A stretch of DNA of 64,000 bases, taken from the NCBI GenBank assembly GCA_030648005.1, contig JAUSIP010000016.1, forward strand, positions 1,110-65,109, written 5' to 3'. The DNA is from a bacterium (GTDB lineage: Bacteria > Patescibacteriota > Minisyncoccia > Phycocordibacterales > UBA12445). The notes beneath the pieces are model-generated. The model saw nothing but the letters and a program-made list of their open reading frames with translations. It was not told the origin of the DNA and searched no databases. Positions 18,047 to 27,357 of the stretch are shown in pieces. Position 1 is the stretch's first letter. Every line of letters begins with the position of its first letter. The position numbers and the translations under genes were made by a program.

Positions 18047-20240
18047 CTTCTTTTTTCTCTTCGAGTTTGTGCGGGTTGTGGTTTGGGCAAGTCTTATCGC
18101 TACACCTCTCACTGATAGTCTTCGTACCCGCCATCATTAAATGTGTACAAAGACCGTTCTCTCTTGGATAACCGCAGATCTTGCCAGTTGGTTTCGCTTT
18201 TATAATATGTTTGCAATCCGGATAGTTTGAACATCCGTAGAAAATACCGAACCGGCCTTTCTTCTCCACCATCTGTCCTTTCTTGCAAATCGGACAGATA
18301 ACCCCCGTGCCATGTTGTGCTAACATCGCTGCCTCATCCTTCTTAATGAATTTACATTTCGGATAGTTATTGCAAGAGATGAACTTACCGAATCTGCCTT
18401 CTCTTTCTACCAACATTCCGTCTTTACACTTCTCGCACTTCTCTCCTGTCTCTTTTGGCCCGGCCAGTTCGTTGCCTTCCATCGTACGAGCGCCGGTACA
18501 CTCAGGGAATTTAATACAAGAGTAGAACTTACCTGTACGTCCGAGCTTGATGATCATCAAACCTGCGCAAGTCGGACAGTTCATCCCTTCCGGCGCGTCG
18601 CCCATATTTGTGACTTTTAGAGAATCGTCTTTAGACTTAACCTCCTTCTGGAATGGTCCGTAGAAATCTTTCAAAGTTTTTGTATAATCCTTCTTGCCCT
18701 CAGCGATCTCATCCAGGTTCTCTTCCATCTCTGCGGTGAAGGTGTCGCTGATGATGTTACCGAAGTTGTTTTCTAAGAAGGTGCTGACGACATCTCCGGT
18801 GTCTGTTGGTTTTAAAGTTTTATTCTCTTTATCGACATAACCTCTGGCCTGGATAGTTGCAAGAATAGAAGCGAATGTACTCGGCCTTCCGATGCCTCTC
18901 TTCTCCAACTCTTTAATTAAGCCCGCTTCGCTATATCTGTTTGGTGGTTCAGTCTGTTTCTCTTGTGATGTCGTCTGAATTAGATCGAGTTTCTCGCCGA
19001 CAGCAACCTTCGGCAGTTCTACCTCTTCGCCTCGTGCGCCCGGATCAGCCAAGAGCCAGCCAGGGAAGAGGGTTCGTGAGCCGTTGACGTGGAAGTCGGG
19101 GATGGATTTGCTCTCAATATTTGAGATAATCTTGGTCTTCAATATCTCAGCGTCCTTCATCTGGCTTGCAACTGTCCTCTGCCAGATAAGTTTATATAAT
19201 TTATTTTCTTCTTCATTCTTGCCGGCATTGTCTCTTAAACTATTAGTTGGCCTGATCGCTTCATGCGCTTCTTGCGCGTTCTTGACTCGGCTCTTATATT
19301 GGCGAGATACATATAGTTCTGCGCCATAGATCTTCGTGATAGCACTTTTAATATTCTCCACTGCTTCAGCACCAAGGTTGGTACTATCAGTTCTCATATA
19401 AGATATGTGGCCCTCTTCATAAAGCTTCTGTGCGATTTTCATAGTTCGACTAGGGGAGAAACCGAAGCGAGAGCTGGCGCTCTGTTGAAGGGTTGATGTG
19501 GTGAAGGGCGCTCTCGGGTGCCGCATCCCTTTCTCCTCTTTTATTTCTGTAACTATCCACTGCTCCTTGTTGCCCTTAGTAAGAATTTTGTCCGCCTCTT
19601 CTTTAGTCTCCGGTTCCACCTCACAGGTTGAAGTTATTAGATCTTTACTTTTAGTTTTTGTATCGGCAGTTATTACAAAAAATGTCTTTGGTATAAAAGC
19701 CCGAATCTCACGTTCGCGTTCCATTATTATACGAAGGGCTGGGGACTGTACTCGGCCAGCAGAAAGACCATAACGCACCTTCTTCCAGATCAGTCCTGAT
19801 AAATCATAACCGACAAGTCTGTCTAATATTCTCCTGGCTTCTTGTGCTTTTCTTAGATCTTGGTCAATCTCGCGCGGATGCTGTATCGCCTCCTTCACCG
19901 CCTTCTCGGTGATCTCGTGGAAGACGACGCGCTTCGGATGCTTAAGGTCGCAGGCCTGCTCAATGTGCCAGGCTATAGCCTCACCCTCTCGATCAGGGTC
20001 TGTGGCAAGCAGAACTTCTTCCGCTTTCTTGGCTAACTGCTTGATTTCTGCCACAACATGTTCTTTACCTTTGGAAATTTCGTAATGGGGAATAAAGCCG
20101 CCGGGAATGTCGACTGCTTTCTTGTTGCTCTTCGGGAGATCTCGTATATGCCCGATACTTGCAACCACCTTGTATTTACCATCCAAGTACTTCGAAATAG
20201 TTTTTGCTTTGGCTGGTGACTCAACAATTAATAATTTCAT
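18024..20240 (-). CDS. topA: DNA topoisomerase I with C-terminal zinc-ribbon repeats
   Basis: It has a Toprim N-terminus (MKLLIVESPAKAKTI), the active-site region (ISYMRTDS) and four CxxC...CxxC ribbons. Confidence 0.95.
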   Translation of the reverse strand: MKLLIVESPAKAKTISKYLDGKYKVVASIGHIRDLPKSNKKAVDIPGGFIPHYEISKGKEHVVAEIKQLAKKAEEVLLATDPDREGEAIAWHIEQACDLKHPKRVVFHEITEKAVKEAIQHPREIDQDLRKAQEARRILDRLVGYDLSGLIWKKVRYGLSAGRVQSPALRIIMEREREIRAFIPKTFFVITADTKTKSKDLITSTCEVEPETKEEADKILTKGNKEQWIVTEIKEEKGMRHPRAPFTTSTLQQSASSRFGFSPSRTMKIAQKLYEEGHISYMRTDSTNLGAEAVENIKSAITKIYGAELYVSRQYKSRVKNAQEAHEAIRPTNSLRDNAGKNEEENKLYKLIWQRTVASQMKDAEILKTKIISNIESKSIPDFHVNGSRTLFPGWLLADPGARGEEVELPKVAVGEKLDLIQTTSQEKQTEPPNRYSEAGLIKELEKRGIGRPSTFASILATIQARGYVDKENKTLKPTDTGDVVSTFLENNFGNIISDTFTAEMEENLDEIAEGKKDYTKTLKDFYGPFQKEVKSKDDSLKVTNMGDAPEGMNCPTCAGLMIIKLGRTGKFYSCIKFPECTGARTMEGNELAGPKETGEKCEKCKDGMLVEREGRFGKFISCNNYPKCKFIKKDEAAMLAQHGTGVICPICKKGQMVEKKGRFGIFYGCSNYPDCKHIIKAKPTGKICGYPRENGLCTHLMMAGTKTISERCSDKTCPNHNPHKLEEKKEDGKGTKK

Positions 20241-20297
20241 TATCTATCCATAGTAGCCACCTTTCGCAATCCGTGTCAAATAATAGCGGAGAGGATA

Positions 20298-21164
20298 TTA
20301 TAATTCCCTCTGAATTTTTCCTCCAAGTTCTTTAATCAGCCCCTTGATCTCCATCATTGAAAGCACGACATTTATCTCACTTGTTTTAATTTCAGATTCT
20401 CTAATCAAGTCATCACGTGTCATGGCTTCTACAGAGAGTAGTTTCATTACTTTAATTTCATTTTCGGAAAGAGTTGTTAAGTCTAATTCTTGTTGGCCAT
20501 CTTTCCTTGCAAGCGAGAGCGCTTCAAGTAGATCATCGCTGGAGCTGATCGGCGTGGCACCCTGTTTGATCAGTCTGTTTGTACCGTTCGAGTTTAAAGA
20601 GAAGATAGAGCCGGGAACTGCAAACAAGTCTTTATTGTATTCAGTTGCGAGTCTGGCAGTGATAAGCGTACCGGATTTATTTTGAGCTTCTATGACCAAG
20701 ATGGCCCGTGACATACCCGCCATGATCCTATTGCGAGCTGGAAAGGTGTGCGTGCCGGCAGGCATTAGTGGAGGCAGCTCAGAGAGCAGTGCACCGCCGG
20801 AGCGGACTATCTCGTCGGCCAAGTCTTTATTGGAGTGTGGATGCAGAACTTTCCTGTCCAAACCAGAACCGGGCACGCCTATCGTTGTGATGCCAGCCTG
20901 GAGTGCTGCTTTGTGAGCTATTGAGTCTATGCCGAGCGCCAAGCCGGATACAATCACAACTTTCTCGCCCCGCAAGCCTGCGATAATCTTCTCGCACGCC
21001 TCCTTGCCGTAGGTTGAAAACTTTCTTGAGCCAACTACTGTCAAAAAGATAAACTCCTCATCCGGCAGTACTCCTTCTAAATATAACTCTTTCGGCGGTT
21101 GAGGAATCTCAAAGAGTGATGCCGGAAATTCTTCTTTATTTAGTTTTCTAATCTGACCCTGCAT
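20298..21164 (-). CDS. dprA: DNA processing protein DprA (Smf)
   Basis: LTVVGSRKFSTYGKE, SGLALGIDSIAHKAAL and a C-terminal winged-helix-like tail. Confidence 0.9.
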   Translation of the reverse strand: MQGQIRKLNKEEFPASLFEIPQPPKELYLEGVLPDEEFIFLTVVGSRKFSTYGKEACEKIIAGLRGEKVVIVSGLALGIDSIAHKAALQAGITTIGVPGSGLDRKVLHPHSNKDLADEIVRSGGALLSELPPLMPAGTHTFPARNRIMAGMSRAILVIEAQNKSGTLITARLATEYNKDLFAVPGSIFSLNSNGTNRLIKQGATPISSSDDLLEALSLARKDGQQELDLTTLSENEIKVMKLLSVEAMTRDDLIRESEIKTSEINVVLSMMEIKGLIKELGGKIQREL

Positions 21165-21242
21165 TCCCGCTATCCTAGCATACCAAGATCAAATGAGTAA
21201 TTTTAATGTTTTATACGATAGTCACGGTCGTACTGATGATAT

Positions 21243-21283
21243 AACCTTGCTTAATCACGACGGCCGTATGAATTAAGCAAGGT
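21243..21283 (+). other. 13-bp-stem hairpin in the dprA/serS divergent region
   Basis: AACCTTGCTTAAT-(15 nt)-ATTAAGCAAGGTT sits immediately upstream of the serS -35 element. Confidence 0.4.
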
Positions 21284-21284
21284 T

Positions 21285-21313
21285 TTGCATAGAAAAGATT
21301 TGTCTGCTAAGAT
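21285..21313 (+). promoter_or_regulatory. serS promoter (leaderless configuration)
   Basis: TTGCAT-17 nt-TAAGAT, with 6 nt between the -10 element and ATG 21320. Confidence 0.55.
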
Positions 21314-21319
21314 TATTTT

Positions 21320-22585
21320 ATGTTAGATATCAAATTCATCCGGGAGAATTCAGACCTGATCAAGGAGGCAGCGAGGAAGAAGCATGTTGATTTCGACGTG
21401 GCTAAACTGCTGGAGGTGGATAAGGAGAGGCTGGCTTTGATGACCGAGATAGAAGGGATGCGCGCTAAGCAGAACCATGCCAGTCAGGAGATCATGAAGG
21501 CATCGGCTGACGCCAAAATATCGATATTGCATGATATGAAGACGCTGAAGGAGGAGATGCAGGTCAAGGAAGATGCGTTAGTGGCAGTGATGAAGAGTTG
21601 GCGCGAGATGATGCTTGCCGTGCCGAATATTCCGGACATGTCTGTACCAGAAGGAGCTTCAGATGCCGAGAATCAGGAGGTCAGGGTTTGGGGCGATATC
21701 CCCAAGTTTGATTTTAAGCCTAAGGATCATATTGAGTTAATGCAGAATCTTGGGATGCTTGATCTTGAAAGGGGCACTAAAGTCTCCGGTTTTCGCGGAT
21801 ATTTTTTAAAGGGCGATGGCGCTAAACTCCAGTTTGCTCTCTGGCGTTTTACTCAAGATTTTTTTGCACAAAAAGATGGGTTTGTGCCAATGATTGTACC
21901 TGCACTTTTAAAACCGGAAATATTTTTAGGAACAGGTTATCTTCCGCAGGGTGAAGAAGATTTATATAAAACACAAGACGGCGACTACCTTGCTGGAACT
22001 GCGGAGGTGGCTACGATGGGATACTATATGAACGATATTATAGAGAAGAAAGATTTGCCTCTAAAAATGCTCTCTTTTTCTTCTGCATTTCGAAGAGAGG
22101 CTGGGAGTCACGGCAAGGATACTCGGGGCATCTTGCGTGTACACGAATTTTATAAGTTTGAACAGGTGGTGCTCTGCGAGGCATCGCATGCGGAGTCAAT
22201 GAAGCACCACGAAGAGATAGAGAGGAATACTGAAGAGCTGACCGAAGCACTGGGTTTGCCTTATCATGTAGTGGCTAATTGTGGAGGTGATCTTGGTCTC
22301 GGACAGGTCAAGAAGTATGATATCGAAGTTTGGCTTCCATCTGAAGGTCGGTATCGAGAGACAGGCTCTGCATCTTATTTTCACGACTTTCAGACACGAA
22401 GGCTGAATATTCGTTATAAAGATGATGATGGCAAGCTTAAGTTCGTACATTCACTCAACAACACTGCCCTTTCTGGACGTCCCCTTATTGCGATAGTCGA
22501 GAACTATCAGAACGTCGATGGTTCCATAACTGTGCCGGAAGTTTTGAGGAAATATATGGGGAAGGATCTTATTTCAAAAATTTAG
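21320..22585 (+). CDS. serS: Seryl-tRNA synthetase
   Basis: It has an N-terminal coiled-coil arm and a class II core (FRREAGSHGKDTRGILRVHEF, GSASYFHDFQTRR). Confidence 0.95.
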   Translation: MLDIKFIRENSDLIKEAARKKHVDFDVAKLLEVDKERLALMTEIEGMRAKQNHASQEIMKASADAKISILHDMKTLKEEMQVKEDALVAVMKSWREMMLAVPNIPDMSVPEGASDAENQEVRVWGDIPKFDFKPKDHIELMQNLGMLDLERGTKVSGFRGYFLKGDGAKLQFALWRFTQDFFAQKDGFVPMIVPALLKPEIFLGTGYLPQGEEDLYKTQDGDYLAGTAEVATMGYYMNDIIEKKDLPLKMLSFSSAFRREAGSHGKDTRGILRVHEFYKFEQVVLCEASHAESMKHHEEIERNTEELTEALGLPYHVVANCGGDLGLGQVKKYDIEVWLPSEGRYRETGSASYFHDFQTRRLNIRYKDDDGKLKFVHSLNNTALSGRPLIAIVENYQNVDGSITVPEVLRKYMGKDLISKI

Positions 22586-22600
22586 TTTAAAATATAAAAA

Positions 22601-23461
22601 GTGGAGGTTAATCGTGAGGTTTTAAAATCTTCAGGGAGGATTAAGAGGAAGAAGGCGCTACAGGTTCTTTTTTGCGTTGCCTTTTTTCTGGCTGTAGCAT
22701 TTGTTGTATCTAATGGTGTTTTTCATCTGGATAAATTATATATAAAGAAAGTTTATATTGATGGTAACAAACAGGTGGAAGATAGCCGGATATTTGCCGT
22801 TGCCAAAGATATTTTATCTGGCAGATATTACGGAGTCTATCCGAAGAGTAATATCCTGATATATCCCAAAGAGCAGATAGCAGAGGTCTTACTCCGCAAT
22901 ATTCCCTGGCTGGCGAGTGTTGTGGTGTCCGGCAGTGCAAATGTAATCTCTATCGAGGTTATGGAGAGAGAGCCGAAATATTTATGGTGCGATGATCTTG
23001 CCAAGTCGGCCGTAGATCGCATTTGTTATTATCTGGATAAAGATGGGTTTGTTTTTGATAAGGCGCCCAACTTCACCGGGCATATCTACCCTGAATTTTA
23101 TGGAGGGAATAAAAGGGGTGGATACGTAGGCAGGTCTATTCTGCCAATCGAGACTTTACGTGAGATTTTGTCAATAAAAGATTCTATCGATAAGACATTG
23201 CAAGACAAGGGAGGTATTCTAGGTTATGTATATGGAGTTTACATTTATGAGAACGGCGATTATGATCTGTTACTTTCTGGTGGTAGAAAAGATTGGAAAA
23301 TTAATTTTGATCTTAATACCGATCCAGTAAAGAAGTTCCAGGTGGTTGTGGAGTCTAAGTTTTTCAAAAAAGAGCTTGATAATTCCACTAACCAGCTTGA
23401 TTATATCGATCTTAGATTTGGCAAAAAAGTTTTTTATAAATTCAACAAAGCGGGGGAATGA
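22601..23461 (+). CDS. FtsQ/DivIB-like cell-division protein (TM plus POTRA)
   Basis: It has an N-terminal basic segment, a TM helix and a POTRA-like IKKVYIDGNKQVEDSRIF. Confidence 0.5.
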   Translation: MEVNREVLKSSGRIKRKKALQVLFCVAFFLAVAFVVSNGVFHLDKLYIKKVYIDGNKQVEDSRIFAVAKDILSGRYYGVYPKSNILIYPKEQIAEVLLRNIPWLASVVVSGSANVISIEVMEREPKYLWCDDLAKSAVDRICYYLDKDGFVFDKAPNFTGHIYPEFYGGNKRGGYVGRSILPIETLREILSIKDSIDKTLQDKGGILGYVYGVYIYENGDYDLLLSGGRKDWKINFDLNTDPVKKFQVVVESKFFKKELDNSTNQLDYIDLRFGKKVFYKFNKAGE

Positions 23462-25251
23462 GGCGCTATAAAATGTCAGATTATCTTCTTAGTTTAGCGG
23501 CTGTTCTTACTGTCGGAGCGTTCTTTGGCTTCATCTTGTTTAAAACTGGCTCGTTCACGATAGATATTGTTAGCTCAAAATTAAATCCGCTTCCAGCTTT
23601 AATTCCAACAGAAGAATCTGTTGTTGCAGAACATAAGAAATTTCCTGTTTTATCCCGCAAGGTCATCGTAGATAAGGATCTTCTAAACTACAAGTTGACG
23701 CTGAAGGCCAAAGCTTTCGTTGTTAAAGATCTTGATACTGGTGAAGGCGTACTACAACAGAATGGCGATACTAAATTTCCGATTGCCTCTGTTACCAAGC
23801 TAGTTACGGCTATGGTCGCCCTGGATAATATTCCACCAGAGGAGATCGTTAAGGTCTCGAAGTCGGCAATTAACACCTACGGTCGCCAGGGTGGTTTGTC
23901 TACAGGGGAGAAGTTTAGGGTGGTAGACCTCATCAACTGCCTTCTGCTTGAATCGAGCAACGATGCTGCCGAAGCGCTAGCGGAACATTTTGGCCGAGCC
24001 GAATTTCTCGCCCTTATGAACAAGAAAGTTGCTTCTTTGGGGATGAAAGATACAAGTTACAAGGATCCGAGTGGACTCTCGAGTTCTAATGTCTCAACAT
24101 CGGAGGATCTCTCTAGGCTTATTACTCACATAGAGCATAACCGATCTGATATTCTGGCAATAACCAAGAAGAAGTCGTATGAGGTTCCGGCAAGTAAGCT
24201 GTCTAAGAAACATGTCTGGTACAACATCAATCGATTGGTTAGAAACAATGATTCATATTATTTGGGAGGTAAGGATGGTTTTACTGGAGAGGCGTTAATG
24301 ACTTTCACCGGCGCCTTCTCTATACCCATAAACGAGTTTGATCATAAAAGATTTTCCATAGCAATCCTCCGAAGTAGCGACCGCAACAGTGACGTCGCTA
24401 AGATCATAGACCGTGTTAGCAAATCGCTTAAGTACGAAAATGGGTTGTCCGCTGTTGCTGCTGTTAATAAAAATAATAAAACCAAGATCGAACCTGATAA
24501 GAATTTGGCGCTCTTGTTTGCTGGCGATATCCGAATAGGCCAACTAGATCCGCCGCCTTTCGAATCAGTTCCATTCCTGAAAGATGCGGACATAACGTTC
24601 GGAAGCATAAAAGGCCCGATATCAGACTTGGGTTATGATATTGGCAACAAAGATTCTGTTCGTATGGCACCGGAAGTCATTCCAGCATTAGTTGAAGCAG
24701 GCTTCGATGCACTGTCAGTGGCGGGCGGACATATTGGCGATTGGGGAATCACTGCACTAGAAGACACACTAAAAAGACTGCGGACGCATGGGATCGTCTA
24801 TGTGGGTGGAGGTTTTAATGTAAATGACGCAAGGACGGTTAAAATAATAGAGAAGAATGGTATTAAGATTGGGTTTCTTGGGTTCTCCGATATGGGCCCG
24901 GAGTGGCTTGAAGATAAGAAAGATCTACCAACGATACTTTCGGCTAGCGATGCCGAGATTAAAGAGGTCATCAGTGATGCAGCACAGCAAGTCGACCATT
25001 TAATCGTATCGTTTGATTTTGGAAAGCAGGACAAGAGTGAGTCGTCTGAACGTCAACGTTTTCTGGCTCATAGGGCGGTAGATTTGGGAGCTCGCATTGT
25101 AATCGGCCACGATACACACCTCGTGCAAGATGTTGAGAGGTATAATGATGGCATGATTGCGTATGGACTTGGGGATCTGACATCAGGAAATTTCTTAGGA
25201 GTGATCTTAGATAAGAAGATGATTTTGGAAGTTAGGGAAGATGGGGTATAA
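23458..25251 (+). CDS. Fusion protein: serine-type D-Ala-D-Ala carboxypeptidase (S11-like) plus a CapA-like metallophosphatase-fold domain
   Basis: The N-terminal half has SxxK (IASVTKL), SxN (ESSNDAAE) and a KTG-like GKDGFTG. The C-terminal half resembles CapA (LLFAGDI.., SVAGGHIGDWG, VYVGGGFN, IKIGFLGFSD, RIVIGHDTHLVQ). Confidence 0.65.
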   Translation: MRRYKMSDYLLSLAAVLTVGAFFGFILFKTGSFTIDIVSSKLNPLPALIPTEESVVAEHKKFPVLSRKVIVDKDLLNYKLTLKAKAFVVKDLDTGEGVLQQNGDTKFPIASVTKLVTAMVALDNIPPEEIVKVSKSAINTYGRQGGLSTGEKFRVVDLINCLLLESSNDAAEALAEHFGRAEFLALMNKKVASLGMKDTSYKDPSGLSSSNVSTSEDLSRLITHIEHNRSDILAITKKKSYEVPASKLSKKHVWYNINRLVRNNDSYYLGGKDGFTGEALMTFTGAFSIPINEFDHKRFSIAILRSSDRNSDVAKIIDRVSKSLKYENGLSAVAAVNKNNKTKIEPDKNLALLFAGDIRIGQLDPPPFESVPFLKDADITFGSIKGPISDLGYDIGNKDSVRMAPEVIPALVEAGFDALSVAGGHIGDWGITALEDTLKRLRTHGIVYVGGGFNVNDARTVKIIEKNGIKIGFLGFSDMGPEWLEDKKDLPTILSASDAEIKEVISDAAQQVDHLIVSFDFGKQDKSESSERQRFLAHRAVDLGARIVIGHDTHLVQDVERYNDGMIAYGLGDLTSGNFLGVILDKKMILEVREDGV

Positions 25252-25259
25252 TTATATTG

Positions 25260-25664
25260 ATGTTTTTACTTCAACTATTTTTTGATTATTGGCGGTGGCA
25301 TTACGGGACAGCCATAGCGAATATATTATCTATATGGAGTGATTTCTTCTGGTTTCTTAGAAGTTACTTCTCGACCGGAAGGTTCGCTGGAACTTTCTTC
25401 GTGCCGTGGAGGAATATTCATGAAGACTCCGCCGGCATCTCTGAATTTTTTAAATTGATCTCATCTGTCGTCACAGCTTTTTCTATGCGTATTATAGGAA
25501 CGACCATCAGGCTGATCATAATGGTTCTCGGCCTCGTCTCAAAAATCCTTCTGGCTACCTTAGGGGTCTTGTTTCTGATCCTCTGGATCGTTATGCCTGT
25601 GGCTCTGGCTATAACCTTTGCCGTCGGAGTAAATCTTTTAATTAAAGATCTACCAATCTTATGA
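25260..25664 (+). CDS. Hypothetical membrane protein
   Basis: It has multiple hydrophobic helices and an ATGA overlap with the next gene. Confidence 0.5.
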   Translation: MFLLQLFFDYWRWHYGTAIANILSIWSDFFWFLRSYFSTGRFAGTFFVPWRNIHEDSAGISEFFKLISSVVTAFSMRIIGTTIRLIIMVLGLVSKILLATLGVLFLILWIVMPVALAITFAVGVNLLIKDLPIL

Positions 25665-26326
25665 AACTATCAGAATTTAAAAAGCGAGACATAACCTTCT
25701 ACCCCGTACTTTTCCTTGAGCGCTTTTACCCCGAACAAGCTCGTCACTCGGTACTGTCGTTGTCTCAATATCTCTTCTATCTTTTTCTTATCGGTCTGTA
25801 CATGCTCCAGTACGGCAACAACTTCCCGTATCTTATAAATCTTTTAGGCCTGGCTATCATCTTCCTAACTTTCGGAGTGGCGACGCTCATGCTTGAAGCC
25901 TTCTTTCTTTCCTACTACTATTCCGGTCTAACTGCCGAAGAGCTAGATGCCGGCAGAATAATCTATCAGGTTAAGAATGGAGATCTTGTAAGTGCTATGC
26001 TTTCCTTGCCAATCGGGCAGAAATTGCAAAAGAAGCTCGGCCTCCGCTCCTTAGTAACCGACAACCTCCTGACTCACCGACAGATGGCAGTAGAGTATGA
26101 GAAATTTGAATTACCCAATCTAGGTACCGATAGATTCTTCACTACCACGGAACTGGTCTTGGGTATGTATCGCCAAGATCAGGGATTCGCAAGACTCCTG
26201 TCTGATAACGGCATCGGCGAACACGATCTGATGACTGCGATCAACTCAATAATAAAAGAGAGCGAAGAATTAGCCGCCAAAGAGCGCTGGTGGTCGCGGG
26301 AAAATCTGCAGGGCTATGTCCATTGA
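25661..26326 (+). CDS. Hypothetical membrane protein
   Basis: It has two or three N-terminal TM helices and is translationally coupled to the upstream gene. Confidence 0.5.
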   Translation: MKLSEFKKRDITFYPVLFLERFYPEQARHSVLSLSQYLFYLFLIGLYMLQYGNNFPYLINLLGLAIIFLTFGVATLMLEAFFLSYYYSGLTAEELDAGRIIYQVKNGDLVSAMLSLPIGQKLQKKLGLRSLVTDNLLTHRQMAVEYEKFELPNLGTDRFFTTTELVLGMYRQDQGFARLLSDNGIGEHDLMTAINSIIKESEELAAKERWWSRENLQGYVH

Positions 26327-27296
26327 CAAATACCTCATGATGGGTAATGGATTTTGGGATAGTTTAAAGAGGCCTATAATGGCTTTGGCGCCGATGGCGG
26401 ATGTTACTGATGCGGCCTTCAGGCGTGTGATCGCGAAGTACGGCAAGCCGGACTTAATGTACACAGAGTTTGTAGCCATAGATGGTCTTCTTTCTGACGG
26501 ATACGATAAACTATCCAAAGATCTTATTTATACAGATATAGAGCGGCCTATTGTGGCGCAGATCTTCGGCACCAAGCCGGAGAACTTTGAGAAGGTAGCA
26601 CGAATGGTGGCGGACATGGGCTTCGATGGAGTGGATATTAATATGGGTTGTCCTCATCATGCACTTGTGAAGAGCGGTACCTGTGGAGGGCTGATCGGAG
26701 ATATCCCGCACGCGAAGGAGATAGTTGAAGCTACAAAGCAAGGCGCGCAGTCTGGTCCGAATAAAATTCCGGTATCACTCAAAACTCGCATCGGCAGAAA
26801 TAAGATAATTACAGAAGAGTGGATCGGCGGACTGCTTGAAGCTCATCCGGCAGCGATCGCTATCCACGGCCGGACAGTTAAGGAGATGTCGAAGGTGCCG
26901 GCACATTGGGATGAGATAGCGAAAGCGGCGAAGCTTTGCCGTGATGCTGGTGTAGTCTCACTTGGCAACGGCGACATTAAAGATTTGCGTGACGCCCGTG
27001 AGAAGGTCAGTGAAAGCGGAACGGATGGCGCTATGCTTGGACGTGCCATCTTTGGCAACCCATGGCTTTTTTCTGAATATATACCGACGCTACAAGAAAG
27101 ACTTAGTGTGATGCTTCTGCATGCGCAAATATATGACGAACTATTTACCGGCATCAAACCATTTGCTTTAATGCGTAAGCACTTCGGTTCTTATGTCGGC
27201 GGATTTAATGGAGCCAAAGAACTTCGGACAAAACTGATGGAGGCGGAGAATTCGAAAGAGGTGGAAGAGATGATCAAACCGTATTTGGAGAATTGA
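26316..27296 (+). CDS. tRNA-dihydrouridine synthase
   Basis: LAPMADVTDAAFR, INMGCP and HGRT motifs. The exact start is uncertain (Met codons lie at 26316, 26337/26340 and 26379). Confidence 0.85.
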   Translation: MSIDKYLMMGNGFWDSLKRPIMALAPMADVTDAAFRRVIAKYGKPDLMYTEFVAIDGLLSDGYDKLSKDLIYTDIERPIVAQIFGTKPENFEKVARMVADMGFDGVDINMGCPHHALVKSGTCGGLIGDIPHAKEIVEATKQGAQSGPNKIPVSLKTRIGRNKIITEEWIGGLLEAHPAAIAIHGRTVKEMSKVPAHWDEIAKAAKLCRDAGVVSLGNGDIKDLRDAREKVSESGTDGAMLGRAIFGNPWLFSEYIPTLQERLSVMLLHAQIYDELFTGIKPFALMRKHFGSYVGGFNGAKELRTKLMEAENSKEVEEMIKPYLEN

Positions 27297-27357
27297 TAAC
27301 TTTGACCGGAGTAAATTTTTTTGTAATACTATACAGTAACCTTTGGGTTATTAAAAT

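Noticed and set aside
21165-21319. Possible T-box or riboswitch leader upstream of serS.
   Set aside because: The promoter sits 6 nt from the ATG (a leaderless configuration), so there is no room for a leader RNA. The hairpin lies upstream of the -35 element.
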